A DNA stretch of 64,000 nucleotides from Candidatus Omnitrophota bacterium (GCA_020341815.1 CP070837.1:1300575-1364574); one strand, 5' to 3'. Positions 10,091 to 19,301 are shown, counted from the stretch's first letter. Notes: generated by a model not told the origin, from the sequence alone. Numbers and translations: made by a program.

Positions 10091-10680
10091 TGAAGGCCTT
10101 AGAGTTATCCCGGAGTTTTTTACATAGAGAAATCGCTCTTGATCGGACCGCATCAAGAGTAATAGGACTTTGCTGCTTTACTATCCTGACGGCTTTGGGG
10201 GCTTATGTGCGCATTCCCTTGCCGTTTACGCCGGTGCCTATTACCTTGCAGACCTTTTTTGTTTTGCTTTCCGGGGCAGTGCTGGGGAAGAAATGGGGAG
10301 CCTTGAGCCAGCTAAGCTATCTTTTGCTGGGCATTATGGGTTTGCCGGTCTTTACGGGGACTGGGGCGGGCCTATCTTACCTTTTTGGGCCCACGGGAGG
10401 ATATCTTCTGGGATTTGTTGCGGCCAGCTGGATAGTCGGGTCTGCGCTTGAGCGAAGGTCTGCAAATAATACAAGCCGGATTACGCTGGCGATACTCAGC
10501 GGCTCTTTAGCAGGAATTTATCTTTTCGGGATTTCGGGATTAAGGCTCTTTTTGCAGTGTAATTTCTCAAAGGCAGTGGCCTTGGGATTTTTACCTTTCA
10601 TACCCGGAGATATTATAAAGATTATTAGCGCAGTCTTTATCTATGGCAAAATTCAAAAAAGATGCCTAGAATTATTTTAA
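10090..10680 (+). CDS. bioY: Biotin transporter BioY
   Basis: IPLPFTPVPITLQTFFVLLSG, LGIMGLPVF, GPTGGYLLGF, LPFIPGDIIK. The GTG start at 10090 is formed by the element end; element-borne GTG 10027 and ATG 10048 are also in frame. Confidence 0.92.
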   Translation: MKALELSRSFLHREIALDRTASRVIGLCCFTILTALGAYVRIPLPFTPVPITLQTFFVLLSGAVLGKKWGALSQLSYLLLGIMGLPVFTGTGAGLSYLFGPTGGYLLGFVAASWIVGSALERRSANNTSRITLAILSGSLAGIYLFGISGLRLFLQCNFSKAVALGFLPFIPGDIIKIISAVFIYGKIQKRCLELF

Positions 10681-11291
10681 TTTCCTTGGCTATTCCGGTG
10701 TTTCTCATAGCCGCTTCCGCCTCAGCCGAAATGAAAGATGCGAGATTCCAGAACCGGCATGGAGTGAGAATCGCAACCAGCGACAGCGACGATAGTTTTT
10801 ATGTGACCCGGGCCGGGGCTCTTGTAGATTACAGTTTTCCCCGCTTGAATAAAATTATAAAAATTCTGCCCTTTTTCGAATACCAGCATAATCTCGATAA
10901 TGGCGCCTGGTGGAGAAAAGAAGCCGGCGTAGAAGTGGGCAGTTCTTTTTTTAATGATTGTTTTTACTGGGGTGCTTCCTTTCAGCATATCTGGCAGCAG
11001 GAGGAGAATTACGCTGTTGAGGCCAACGATGAGACCAGTGAATGGGAATCGCGTTTCGTGATTACCCCTCCCATAAAATGGTGGCTCTTTAAAGATAAAT
11101 TGACCTTGAAGCTTTTTGATGAATATACCTATGATTTCGAAAGAGGCCAGCCCACTATTAATGAAGTGGGCGTGAGTTTCGACTGGCAGATTAGCGAAAA
11201 AGTAAAAATGCCCCTTGGCTGGAGGCATATAGACAGGATTCATGATTTTGATTCTGACTTGATGGAAGTATCCGTATTGTTTTCCTTTTAA
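10662..11291 (+). CDS. Small exported outer-membrane beta-barrel-like protein
   Basis: Signal peptide (AASASA), aromatic beta-strand pattern, C-terminal VLFSF. Confidence 0.5.
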   Translation: MPRIILISLAIPVFLIAASASAEMKDARFQNRHGVRIATSDSDDSFYVTRAGALVDYSFPRLNKIIKILPFFEYQHNLDNGAWWRKEAGVEVGSSFFNDCFYWGASFQHIWQQEENYAVEANDETSEWESRFVITPPIKWWLFKDKLTLKLFDEYTYDFERGQPTINEVGVSFDWQISEKVKMPLGWRHIDRIHDFDSDLMEVSVLFSF

Positions 11292-11307
11292 CCGGAGAGA
11301 GACAACT

Positions 11308-12267
11308 ATGAGACGACACATTGTATCTTTTGTAACGATGGTAATAATCTTAGGCAGCTATGCGAAGATTTCTTCTGCTTACTGGATCTGGACTCCCCAG
11401 ACCGGAAAGTTTATCAATCCCAAATATGCGGTAAAGGAGACGCCCCAGAAACAGTTTGACTGGGCGATGACTTTCTTTGAGGCCGAGGATTACAAAAAGG
11501 CAATCGCCGAATTCGAGAAGCTCATCAAGCATTATCCTCTTTCAAAGCTTGCGGCCTCCAGCCAGTTTCATCTGGCCTGGGCCCAGGAAAATACGGGGGA
11601 TTATTACAAGGCATTCAAGAGTTATCAACTGGTTATCGATAAATATCCCTACTCGGAACGGGTGGATGAGATAATCGAAAGGCAATACCGTATCGGTAAT
11701 CTCTTCTATAGCGGACAGAAGGCCAAGCTCTTAGGCGTGCCTATATTGCCCGCAAAAAAACAGGCCATAGAAATCTTTAGCGCAGTGGTTGAGAACGCCC
11801 CCTACGGCAAATACGCCCCTTATGCCCAGTACAAATTGGGTGAATGTTATATGGAGATAGAAGATTATATCAATGCGGCCTTGGCCTTTAAGAAAATTAT
11901 CGAGAGTTACCCCAAAAGCCCCTTAGTTGACGACGCCAAGTACCAGATAGCAATGTGCGCGGCAAATTCCACCAGCGGCCCGGAATACAATGAAGAGGAT
12001 ACGGATAAGGCGATTAAAGAATTTAAAGATTTCGTCAGGAGATATCCCGACAGCCAGATGGAAAAAGAGGCCCACCAGCTTATCGATAAACTGGAAGACC
12101 AGAAGGCCCAAAATCAATTCAATATTGCCCGTTTTTATGAAAAACAGAAAAACTTAGACAGTGCTATTATTTATTACGAGGAGATACTGGACAAATATCC
12201 CCAGAGTGAATGGGCGGTCAAGGCCCTGGAGCGGGTACAGATAATCCGCAAAGAGATGGAAAAGTAA
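11308..12267 (+). CDS. bamD: Outer-membrane assembly factor BamD-like TPR protein
   Basis: Repeated xYPxS TPR motifs, DTDKAIKEFKDFVRRYPDS, IARFYEK..SAIIYYEEIL; lies upstream of lptE-holA. Confidence 0.8.
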   Translation: MRRHIVSFVTMVIILGSYAKISSAYWIWTPQTGKFINPKYAVKETPQKQFDWAMTFFEAEDYKKAIAEFEKLIKHYPLSKLAASSQFHLAWAQENTGDYYKAFKSYQLVIDKYPYSERVDEIIERQYRIGNLFYSGQKAKLLGVPILPAKKQAIEIFSAVVENAPYGKYAPYAQYKLGECYMEIEDYINAALAFKKIIESYPKSPLVDDAKYQIAMCAANSTSGPEYNEEDTDKAIKEFKDFVRRYPDSQMEKEAHQLIDKLEDQKAQNQFNIARFYEKQKNLDSAIIYYEEILDKYPQSEWAVKALERVQIIRKEMEK

Positions 12268-12274
12268 TTATGAA

Positions 12275-12380
12275 CCCCGCCCTTCCAAAACATCATACTT
12301 TGCATAATAGATATGGGCGAAGGTGGCAGGAGGAAGGATGGGGATAAGGGTTTGGCATTGCGAAGAAGGGAAGGGCGGGG
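12275..12380 (+). mobile_element. CCCCGC-TIR element copy 2 (106 bp), inside the lptE start codon
   Basis: aTGAA[CCCCGCCCTTCC...GGAAGGGCGGGG]TGAAgaga; perfect 12-bp TIR; interior colinear with copy 1. Confidence 0.9.
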
Positions 12381-12940
12381 TGAAGAGATTTAATTTTATA
12401 TTCTTATTATTGGCTATAGCATGCATGCAGGGTTGCGGCTATACCGCAGGTTCGCTGCTTCCTTCACACATCAAGACAATTCATATCCGCCCTTTCCGAA
12501 ATAAAATAGAGCTGACCGGGGAATTGAGACAGGAGGAATATCGTTTTCGCAGCTATCGCACGCATCTGGAAACGGATATCACCAAAGAGGTTATCTCGAG
12601 ATTCATAAACGACGGGCACCTCCAGGTGATTGATGAGAAAAATGCGGATGTAGTTTTGGAGGGTGAGCTGATCGATTATCTCAGCCAACCCGTGCGTTAC
12701 GGCTCCGATAACGAGACCGTCGAGGAATACAGAATCAGCATAGTCTGTTCCGTTAAGCTCAACGATATAAAGGAAAATAAACTTATGTGGCAGGAGTCGC
12801 GGATTATCGGCGATACCACTTATAGCGACAGCGACCAGAGTCAAGCGCGGGGATATTATACGAGCGAAAGCACTGCGGTATCCAGCGCTGTTTCCGATTT
12901 AGCCAGGCGCATTGTCAATCGCACCATTGAAGGATGGTAA
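12380..12940 (+). CDS. lptE: LPS-assembly lipoprotein LptE family
   Basis: From GTG 12380: MKRFNFIFLLLAIACMQGCGY (lipobox), LPSHIKTIHIRPFRN, ADVVLEGEL, LARRIVNRTIEGW. Confidence 0.8.
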   Translation: MKRFNFIFLLLAIACMQGCGYTAGSLLPSHIKTIHIRPFRNKIELTGELRQEEYRFRSYRTHLETDITKEVISRFINDGHLQVIDEKNADVVLEGELIDYLSQPVRYGSDNETVEEYRISIVCSVKLNDIKENKLMWQESRIIGDTTYSDSDQSQARGYYTSESTAVSSAVSDLARRIVNRTIEGW

Positions 12941-13806
12941 GCTCAAGAGAGGCACCAGTATATCTGCTCACCGGCAGCGAGCAATTCTTAAAAGAAGAAA
13001 ATCTCACTCGGATTAAATCCGCCCTTTTAGATGCGGCCTCGCGAGATTTCAACTTCAATGTCTTTTATGCAGGCTCCTGCGCGGTTAAGAAGATATTGGA
13101 ATGCGCCTCCACAGCGCCTTTTCTCGGGTCTAAAAGAGTGGTCCTGGTGCACCGAATCGAGGATTTTTCCGCCTCCGAAGAAAAGCTCATCCTTTCCTAT
13201 GTAAAAGTCCCCAATAAAGTTAGCGTGCTTATTCTAGAGACTTCAGAGAGCAATCTTAAACAGAGATTTTTTGCCGAGATTTGCAGGCATGCCCGGCTTA
13301 TTCGTTGTGATCCTCTTAAAGGAAGAGAGCTCGTCATTTGGCTTAAGAGGCAGGTTGCGGCCAAGGGTAAAAAAATAGAAGAGGCGGCCCTCCAGCTTTT
13401 ACTGGATACCTCAAGGCTTAGTTTGCAGGCTTTGGCTTTCTCTCTGGATAATCTTATTTTATATATCGGGCAGAAAGAGACGATTACCTGCGCTGACGTG
13501 GAGAAGTTAACCGGCTCAGACGATATGGCCTCAAGCGCATTTGAGCTTTATGATGCCGTTATTGCCGGTGAGAAAGAAAAATCTTTTGAGGTCCTGGAGA
13601 GTTTATGGAGAGATGGCGTAAGCTTCTCGCAGATCTTAGGGGCTTTAAGCTACAAGTTTATACTGAACAGGAATAGGATAAGTTCCGGCAGGCTCAAAGG
13701 CTATCTTTTGGATTTACAAAATACCGACAGGGATATCAAGACTTCAAGACAGGGACAAAAAATAGCGCTGGAACTTTTGACGGCGAGACTCTTAAACCTT
13801 GGTTAA
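12934..13806 (+). CDS. holA: DNA polymerase III delta subunit
   Basis: PVYLLTGSEQFL, DFNFNVFYA, APFLGSKRVVLV; lptE-holA-rpsT context. Confidence 0.88.
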   Translation: MVSSREAPVYLLTGSEQFLKEENLTRIKSALLDAASRDFNFNVFYAGSCAVKKILECASTAPFLGSKRVVLVHRIEDFSASEEKLILSYVKVPNKVSVLILETSESNLKQRFFAEICRHARLIRCDPLKGRELVIWLKRQVAAKGKKIEEAALQLLLDTSRLSLQALAFSLDNLILYIGQKETITCADVEKLTGSDDMASSAFELYDAVIAGEKEKSFEVLESLWRDGVSFSQILGALSYKFILNRNRISSGRLKGYLLDLQNTDRDIKTSRQGQKIALELLTARLLNLG

Positions 13807-14052
13807 TTTTCGCATCAGGCGGGATTTTTTGCGCCAGGCTTTATTCTTATGAATTATCTTTTTGCTTGAGGCCTTATCTAATTTGGAGCTCAGCTGATTA
13901 AGTATCTTTTTTGCCTGCTCGACCTTTTTCTCATCCACAAGGGCTAAAAACTTCTTGTTTAAGGTCTTTAATTCAGAGATTGCCCCGATATTCCGCAGAT
14001 GTCTTTTTTTGGCCTTGCGCAGTTCTTTGAAGGCTGATTTTTTTATTGGCAT
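13792..14052 (-). CDS. rpsT: 30S ribosomal protein S20
   Basis: MPIKKSAFKELRKAKKRHLRN ... LDKASSKKIIHKNKAWRKKSRL. Confidence 0.95.
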   Translation of the reverse strand: MPIKKSAFKELRKAKKRHLRNIGAISELKTLNKKFLALVDEKKVEQAKKILNQLSSKLDKASSKKIIHKNKAWRKKSRLMRKLTKV

Positions 14053-14096
14053 TATTTATTCCTCTTAATCTTTTGCCGCCTATTTGAGTACCAGTT

Positions 14097-14125
14097 AAGA
14101 TAACATATAAGGGGCGATTTGTCAA
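14097..14125 (-). promoter_or_regulatory. Sigma70-type promoter for rpsT
   Basis: Minus strand TTGACA-17 bp-TATCTT, about 45 bp upstream of the ATG. Confidence 0.65.
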
Positions 14126-14127
14126 GT

Positions 14128-15759
14128 ATGGACGAAAATAAATCCCTGATAAAATCCACACGGGCAATCAGCGAGGCGACCTTTGCCAGCCGCATCCTGG
14201 GCTTTATCCGCGATGTTATCATCGCCCGGCTTTTTGGCACAGGCGTGCGCGCCCAGGCCTTTGTGGTGGCCTTTAGGATTCCTAACCTCTTGCGCAGCCT
14301 GGTGGGTGAAGGCGCCACAAATAGCGCCGTAGTGCCTGTCCTGGCCCGCCTGAATGAGCGGGGTAAAAGAGAGGAATTCTGGCAGGTGGCCAACTGCCTG
14401 TTGAATATCTTGATAGTAGTGCTGGCGGTCTTAACCTTACTGGGTGAGCTGCTTGCCCCGATTATCGTGCGCGCCATTGCCCCCGGCTTTATGAAGGACC
14501 CGCAGAAGCTATACCTGACTATACGGCTGACCAGATTTCTATTTCCTTATATTCTTCTGGTGGGCCTCTCCGCCTATGCGATGGCGGTATTGAACTCTCT
14601 TAAAAGCTTTGCCCTGCCAGCGCTTGCCCCCAGCATGCTTAATATCGCCCTGATTACCAGCGCCTTGATTTTCTGCCCGCGCTTAAAGGAGCCGGTTGAT
14701 GCCTTAGGCATAGGGGTGTTAAGCGGAGGGGTTCTGCAGTTAGCGGTCCAGGTGCCCCTGCTTCTCAAAAAGGGCCTGCTTAAAAAAAGAAGCTTTAGTT
14801 TTTTTCACCCCGCCCTTCTAAATACCACGCCTTACATAGGAGATGTGGGCGAAGGCAATAAAAAGAAGGGCGGGGTTCACCCCCGGGTAAAGGAGATGGG
14901 CAGGCTCTTTCTGCCGCGCACCTTAGGCATTGCAATATACCAGATTAATCTTTTTGTGGATACTATCTTTGCCTCTTTAACCTTTATAGTGGGTGAGGGC
15001 GCCCCGGCGGCCTTTCAGTATGCCAATCGCCTGGTGCAATTTCCCCTGGCCTTATTCGGCATAGCCTTAGCCCAGGCGGCACTGCCTGCTATGTCGGGCC
15101 TGGCCGCGCGCAAGGACTTTGCCCAGATGAGAAGGACGCTTTCCTTTTCTCTGCGCAGTGTTTTTACGATGATGCTGCCGGCCACGGTGGGGCTTATGGT
15201 GTTGGCACGCCCCCTGGTTAAGGTGATATTCGAGCGGGGCACCTTTAGCAGCTATTCTACGAACATCACCTCTTTTGTGCTTTTATTTTATTGTCTGGGG
15301 CTTACCGGCTATGCCGGCATAAAGGTGCTGGCCAGCTATTTCTACTCCCTGAAAGACACCTTTACCCCCAGTAAGGCAGCAGCCATTGCCCTGTTAATCA
15401 ATGTTATCTTAAACTTCCTTTTGATGCGGCCCTTAAAAATGGGGGGCCTGGCTTTGGCTACGGCAATCTCGGTTACAATTAATTTTGGCTGGCTTCTATT
15501 TGCCATGCGCAAGAGAATAGGAAAAATAGAGGGGCTTTTTGCTGCGCTGGGCAGGATTGTCTTGGCCGCCTCTATTATGGGGGCGGCTTTGTGGTTTGGC
15601 CTCTATCGCAGCGGGTTCCTCTGGGGCAGCGGGCTTATGCTTGCCTTTAAATTGTGCGCCTCTATTGCGCTGGGCGTATTGGTTTATTCGGGAGCCCTGA
15701 AGTTGCTTTCGCCTAGTGAGGCCGGGATATTTATCAGATGGATATTAAGGAGAAAATAA
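14128..15759 (+). CDS. murJ: Lipid II flippase MurJ, carrying a 24-codon element insertion
   Basis: SRILGFIRD, AFVVAFRIPNLLRSLVGEGA, YANRLVQFPLALFGIA, FERGTF. Confidence 0.95.
   Translation: MDENKSLIKSTRAISEATFASRILGFIRDVIIARLFGTGVRAQAFVVAFRIPNLLRSLVGEGATNSAVVPVLARLNERGKREEFWQVANCLLNILIVVLAVLTLLGELLAPIIVRAIAPGFMKDPQKLYLTIRLTRFLFPYILLVGLSAYAMAVLNSLKSFALPALAPSMLNIALITSALIFCPRLKEPVDALGIGVLSGGVLQLAVQVPLLLKKGLLKKRSFSFFHPALLNTTPYIGDVGEGNKKKGGVHPRVKEMGRLFLPRTLGIAIYQINLFVDTIFASLTFIVGEGAPAAFQYANRLVQFPLALFGIALAQAALPAMSGLAARKDFAQMRRTLSFSLRSVFTMMLPATVGLMVLARPLVKVIFERGTFSSYSTNITSFVLLFYCLGLTGYAGIKVLASYFYSLKDTFTPSKAAAIALLINVILNFLLMRPLKMGGLALATAISVTINFGWLLFAMRKRIGKIEGLFAALGRIVLAASIMGAALWFGLYRSGFLWGSGLMLAFKLCASIALGVLVYSGALKLLSPSEAGIFIRWILRRK
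14808..14875 (+). mobile_element. CCCCGC-TIR element copy 3 (68 bp), in frame inside murJ
   Basis: TTCA[CCCCGCCCTTCT...AGAAGGGCGGGG]TTCA; 68+4=72 bp; interior resembles the 5' hairpin module of copies 1-2. Confidence 0.9.
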
Positions 15760-15760
15760 A

Positions 15761-15866
15761 CCCCGCCCTTCCTAAAAAACGTAAGTTAGGTATCAAAAAA
15801 AGAATTAGAGGACTTTACCTTTGCCAAAGAATATATGTAGACTAAGCAGAAAAATGAAGGGCGGGG
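15761..15866 (+). mobile_element. CCCCGC-TIR element copy 4 (106 bp), splitting the uvrC N-terminus
   Basis: TAAA[CCCCGCCCTTC...GAAGGGCGGGG]TGAA; interior differs from copies 1-2. Confidence 0.85.
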
Positions 15867-17263
15867 TGAAGAGTTTTCCGGATAGCCCGGGCGTATATCT
15901 TATGAAGGATAAGCCCGGGCGCATACTTTATGTGGGCAAGGCCTCTTCCTTAAAGAGGCGAGTGAGCTCCTATTTCCAGAAGCCCCAAGCCGGCAAGACA
16001 CGAGTTTTGCTTTCGCGGACAAAAGATATAGAGTATATCCAGACCTCATCCAGCGCCCAGGCCTTATTGCTGGAGAATTCTTTAATCAAAAAGCACAGGC
16101 CTTATTATAACGCCGCCTTAAAAGACGATAAAAGTTATCCTTATGTGAAAGTCGACACGCCTCGTGCCTGGGGTGCAGTTACAATTACCAGAGGCAAAAA
16201 GGAAAAGGGCGCAAAATATTACGGGCCTTACACCAGTGTCAAATTGCTGAAGAGCGCAATCAAAACTTTAAGGGCGGTATTTCCCTTTAGAAGCTGCCGG
16301 CGCCTGCCTAAAAAACCCTGCCTTTATTTTCAGCTTAAGCTTTGTCCGGGGATGTGCATAAAAAAGATAGATAAAAAGGTTTATCGGGAAAACCTCAGGC
16401 AGCTGGGGTTATTCCTTGAGGGTAAGCACAAAGAGCTCATCTCGCAGCTCACGGATAAGATGCAAAAGGCCGCCAAGCGCGAATCCTTCGAAGAGGCGGC
16501 AATGCTGAGGGATAGAATTACCTCTTTATCGGAGATTATAACCCAGACCAAAGAGACGGGGCAGCAAGAGCTCATTTTTCAGCTTCAGAAGGAATTAAAT
16601 CTCACTCAAGCCCCCCGGCGCATCGAGGCCTTTGATGTTTCAGAGATTGCCGGAAGCGGCACAGTCGGCTCGATGGTTAGTTTCCTAGACGGAAAGCCCG
16701 ATAAAAACAATTATCGCAAGTTTAAGATAAAGACGGTAAAAGGCATTGATGACTATGCAATGATTTGTGAGGTCTTACGCCGCAGGTTCGCCAGGGCTCT
16801 CAAGAGCTCGCTTCCCGATTTGATTATGATTGACGGAGGGAAGGGCCATCTTTCATCAGCCCGTAAGGAATTGAGCGCTTTAGGGCTTTCGAAAATACCC
16901 GTTATTGCCCTGGCCAAGCGCCTGGAGAATATCTATACGCCTTCGGGTGAGGTCTTGAGCTTGCCTCGCGATTCAAAAGTATTACACCTCTTACAGCGCA
17001 TCCGTAATGAGGCGCACCGCTTTGCTATTTCCTATCACCGCAAATTGAGGCAAAAAGATATGCGCGCGTCTTTTCTGGATAAGATTGCCGGCATCGGCCC
17101 CAAAAAGAAAAGGGCTCTCCTGCGCCATTTTAAGTCTGCTCAGGCAATTAAAAAGGCAAGTGTAGAAGATTTGCTGAAGGTGAAAGGTATTGACAGGAAG
17201 ACAGCAGAAAGGATTATCAAATACTTAAAATTAAAGGATTTTTCTCAGTTTCCAACGAATTAA
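15866..17263 (+). CDS. uvrC: Excinuclease ABC subunit C
   Basis: PDSPGVYLM..ILYVGKA GIY-YIG, LKDDKSYPY, RIEAFDVS, IDGGKGHL, RIRNEAHRFA, C-terminal HhH. GTG start is at the element end; the ancestral start is probably ATG 15738. Confidence 0.95.
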   Translation: MKSFPDSPGVYLMKDKPGRILYVGKASSLKRRVSSYFQKPQAGKTRVLLSRTKDIEYIQTSSSAQALLLENSLIKKHRPYYNAALKDDKSYPYVKVDTPRAWGAVTITRGKKEKGAKYYGPYTSVKLLKSAIKTLRAVFPFRSCRRLPKKPCLYFQLKLCPGMCIKKIDKKVYRENLRQLGLFLEGKHKELISQLTDKMQKAAKRESFEEAAMLRDRITSLSEIITQTKETGQQELIFQLQKELNLTQAPRRIEAFDVSEIAGSGTVGSMVSFLDGKPDKNNYRKFKIKTVKGIDDYAMICEVLRRRFARALKSSLPDLIMIDGGKGHLSSARKELSALGLSKIPVIALAKRLENIYTPSGEVLSLPRDSKVLHLLQRIRNEAHRFAISYHRKLRQKDMRASFLDKIAGIGPKKKRALLRHFKSAQAIKKASVEDLLKVKGIDRKTAERIIKYLKLKDFSQFPTN

Positions 17264-17301
17264 CTTAGTCTAGCTTATCAACTGTCCATCCTGTCTTTTA
17301 C

Positions 17302-17395
17302 GCCTAACGTCGCAAATAACCGATAGTCTAAAGCAGAGCGACGAAGAACGAGAAGCGCTGCTTTAGACTATCCGAGTTAATTTACCTTGTTAGGT
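17302..17395 (-). mobile_element. Integron attC site (94 bp)
   Basis: Minus strand: ACCTAAC (R'')-5 nt-AAATTAAC (L'') ... stem GATAGTCTAAAGCAG/CTGCTTTAGACTATC ... GTTATTT (L')-5 nt-GTTAGGC (R'). L'' has one extra base. Lies just downstream of a minus-strand ORF. Confidence 0.8.
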
Positions 17396-17433
17396 TTTGA
17401 CTAATTACCGCCTCCTGCTTAGGTGGTTTACAT

Positions 17434-18672
17434 TCATTTTATGTCGCTTCCATAGCTATAGAGGGAAAACTGCTTGAATGATGCTTCTTTATTACCCCAT
17501 AGTGCTGTTTTATTCAATGGGTCCCATTTCCAGGTACCGCTTTGATTGCTATATCTCGCCGCAGTTTCAATAACGTTACCACTACTCATTTTACGGATGT
17601 TCGCCATGATCATGGTTCCATTAGAGAGACTCGATATGTTGATTAAATTATCTCTGTTTGGATTTAAAAGAGAGGTTTTGCTATGCTCGGACCATGCGAC
17701 TCCGTCCGACGACTTATAAACAATAGTTCGCCATCCATGAAGAGAATCTCCGGCGCCAGAACCAGTTCCCGTTTGCTCACGATTCACTGCCAAAATGAAA
17801 CTGTCTGCGTCGTGAGTTACAGCAGGATTAGAATCTATTGTGGTGAACCCTGTGCTTGATAGATTAATTGCATTAATGTGTGAAGCCTGGAAAACTGGCA
17901 GGTTAAACGGAGGCATCATTTCCCCCACGGCTGTGACAACCTGGAAGGCCCCTGCCGAAAATTTGCGCCACGCGATTAGAATTTTTCCGTTACTGTGGTA
18001 TGTGACCGAAGGTCGGCCTTCAACGCCTGAGTTAAGTGTACCCTGCTCAAGAACTGGGGAAAAAAGGAAACTCCTTGAATTGTGATCGTAAATCTTTGCG
18101 ACAACTTTCTCGTTTTGTTGAAAAACGACCAATCGAAGGTCGCCACCCAGGTCTACTACGTCTGGCGCTGAATTTGTCTCGCCTGCTGGAAGAGCAGTAC
18201 CTGTAGTGTCCCAAATCGCCGGCCCAAGGCCCCAGACTGTTACTATCGTGTTCGGTTTGTCGAACAGAACCCATTGAAGTAGACCATCAAATCGCTTTGC
18301 TGTTGCACCAACTCCATGTGTGGCATTTAAGGTAGTGCTAACAGGGGAATAAACGTTCGGGAAGTTTCCATTCTCCCACATCAATCCATCCTTTGACCAA
18401 CGTACTTGGATCTTCGCCGTCGACCTGTTAGAGCCTGCTTCCATGAATGAAAAAACAAAATTCTCCTTGGATTCTGCGCTCTTGCCAACTAAGTCTTTTA
18501 TCATCTCTTGTCGTGCGGATTCAATAGTTTGAAGAACTTCCGGTTGAGCTCGTTCCAAAGTCTCAGCCCTTCTCAGAAGTGGATTGTCCTGTGCAACGAC
18601 ATTCTGAAGACTAAGAACTAATCCGATAAGTAATACAAATAGTAACTTCGTTGTAAACATTTGCTTTTTCAT
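17434..18672 (-). CDS. Secreted beta-propeller/Asp-box-like protein (putative gene-cassette cargo)
   Basis: Signal peptide (VVAQ), Asp-box-like WSKDGLMW and YKSSDGVAW, SD AAAGGAGA; opposite strand to the flanking core genes. Confidence 0.65.
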   Translation of the reverse strand: MKKQMFTTKLLFVLLIGLVLSLQNVVAQDNPLLRRAETLERAQPEVLQTIESARQEMIKDLVGKSAESKENFVFSFMEAGSNRSTAKIQVRWSKDGLMWENGNFPNVYSPVSTTLNATHGVGATAKRFDGLLQWVLFDKPNTIVTVWGLGPAIWDTTGTALPAGETNSAPDVVDLGGDLRLVVFQQNEKVVAKIYDHNSRSFLFSPVLEQGTLNSGVEGRPSVTYHSNGKILIAWRKFSAGAFQVVTAVGEMMPPFNLPVFQASHINAINLSSTGFTTIDSNPAVTHDADSFILAVNREQTGTGSGAGDSLHGWRTIVYKSSDGVAWSEHSKTSLLNPNRDNLINISSLSNGTMIMANIRKMSSGNVIETAARYSNQSGTWKWDPLNKTALWGNKEASFKQFSLYSYGSDIK

Positions 18673-18778
18673 CTGTTCTCTCCTTTCGAATTAAAGATGG
18701 CTTCTCTGACAATCTAACTCTGCTCGTTTCTCACTAACGAATAAGGGAACTCACTTTTAATCTTCTAGTTACAACAGA

Positions 18779-18821
18779 ATCTAACGCCCAAAATGAGCGG
18801 TTTTTGGAGCAGCGAAGCTGC
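18779..18821 (-). mobile_element. Truncated attC (central hairpin plus L'/R' half)
   Basis: Minus strand GCAGC-TTC-GCTGC...GCTCATTT-TGGGC-GTTAGAT; R''/L'' half absent. Confidence 0.6.
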
Positions 18822-19038
18822 GTATATCTTTGACCGTTTTTTGGGGGAAGAGGTTACTCTGCATAAGGAAGCTCGCACCAGCAACAAGGGTTACTACTGA
18901 AAGAAGCTGAATACTTAACATCTTAACTGACCCGGCATGACCTATAGAGGCCGTGCTCAACGCTCGCATTATCGCTAAAGCGATAATGCCGCTAATTATC
19001 CCGACGAAAACACCAATACTGATTCCAATAAAATTCAA
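18781..19038 (-). pseudogene. Small membrane-protein cassette ORF, probably 3'-truncated and read into the half attC
   Basis: Two hydrophobic segments; the last codons come from the attC remnant and the stop is the TAG of GTTAGAT. Confidence 0.45.
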
Positions 19039-19076
19039 GATGTTTCCTTTTCTTCTTCTTCCTTATGTTCTTCTTG

Positions 19077-19110
19077 CCCTAACATTCGAAATCAGGGGCA
19101 CAAGCCGCGC
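19077..19110 (-). mobile_element. Degenerate attC 3' half upstream of the small cassette ORF
   Basis: Minus strand ...CCTGATTT-CGAAT-GTTAGGG, with the same ATTT-5 nt-GTTAG layout as the other two sites. Confidence 0.45.
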
Positions 19111-19210
19111 AATGGACCGCATCTGAATCGATGAGTGCCATATCTTCGATGGGTTTTATTTTAATATGTGGAATACATCTTTTCTGGATAGTTTTCAGTA
19201 ACTTTAGTCA

Positions 19211-19275
19211 ATTATTTCATATTTCTCAGGCCTTGTCAAGAAAACCTTGCTTATTTTCTGCCTTTTCTTTATAAT
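19211..19275. promoter_or_regulatory. Divergent sigma70-like promoters: leftward into the cassette array, rightward into the ogt-like copy
   Basis: Minus TTGACA (19239-19234)-17-AATAAT; plus TTGCTT (19247-19252)-17-TATAAT (19270-19275). Confidence 0.5.
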
Positions 19276-19301
19276 GCCACAAGAGGTAGATTCTGTTTAA
19301 A

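Noticed and set aside
10722-11321. Long antisense ORFs (also 23719-24387, 58208-58669, 60363-60860)
   Set aside because: Shadows of well-supported genes on the opposite strand with no recognisable motifs.
19090-19210. Possible integrase or attI remnant beside the cassette array
   Set aside because: No tyrosine-recombinase motif in the minus-strand frames I translated, and no convincing attI.
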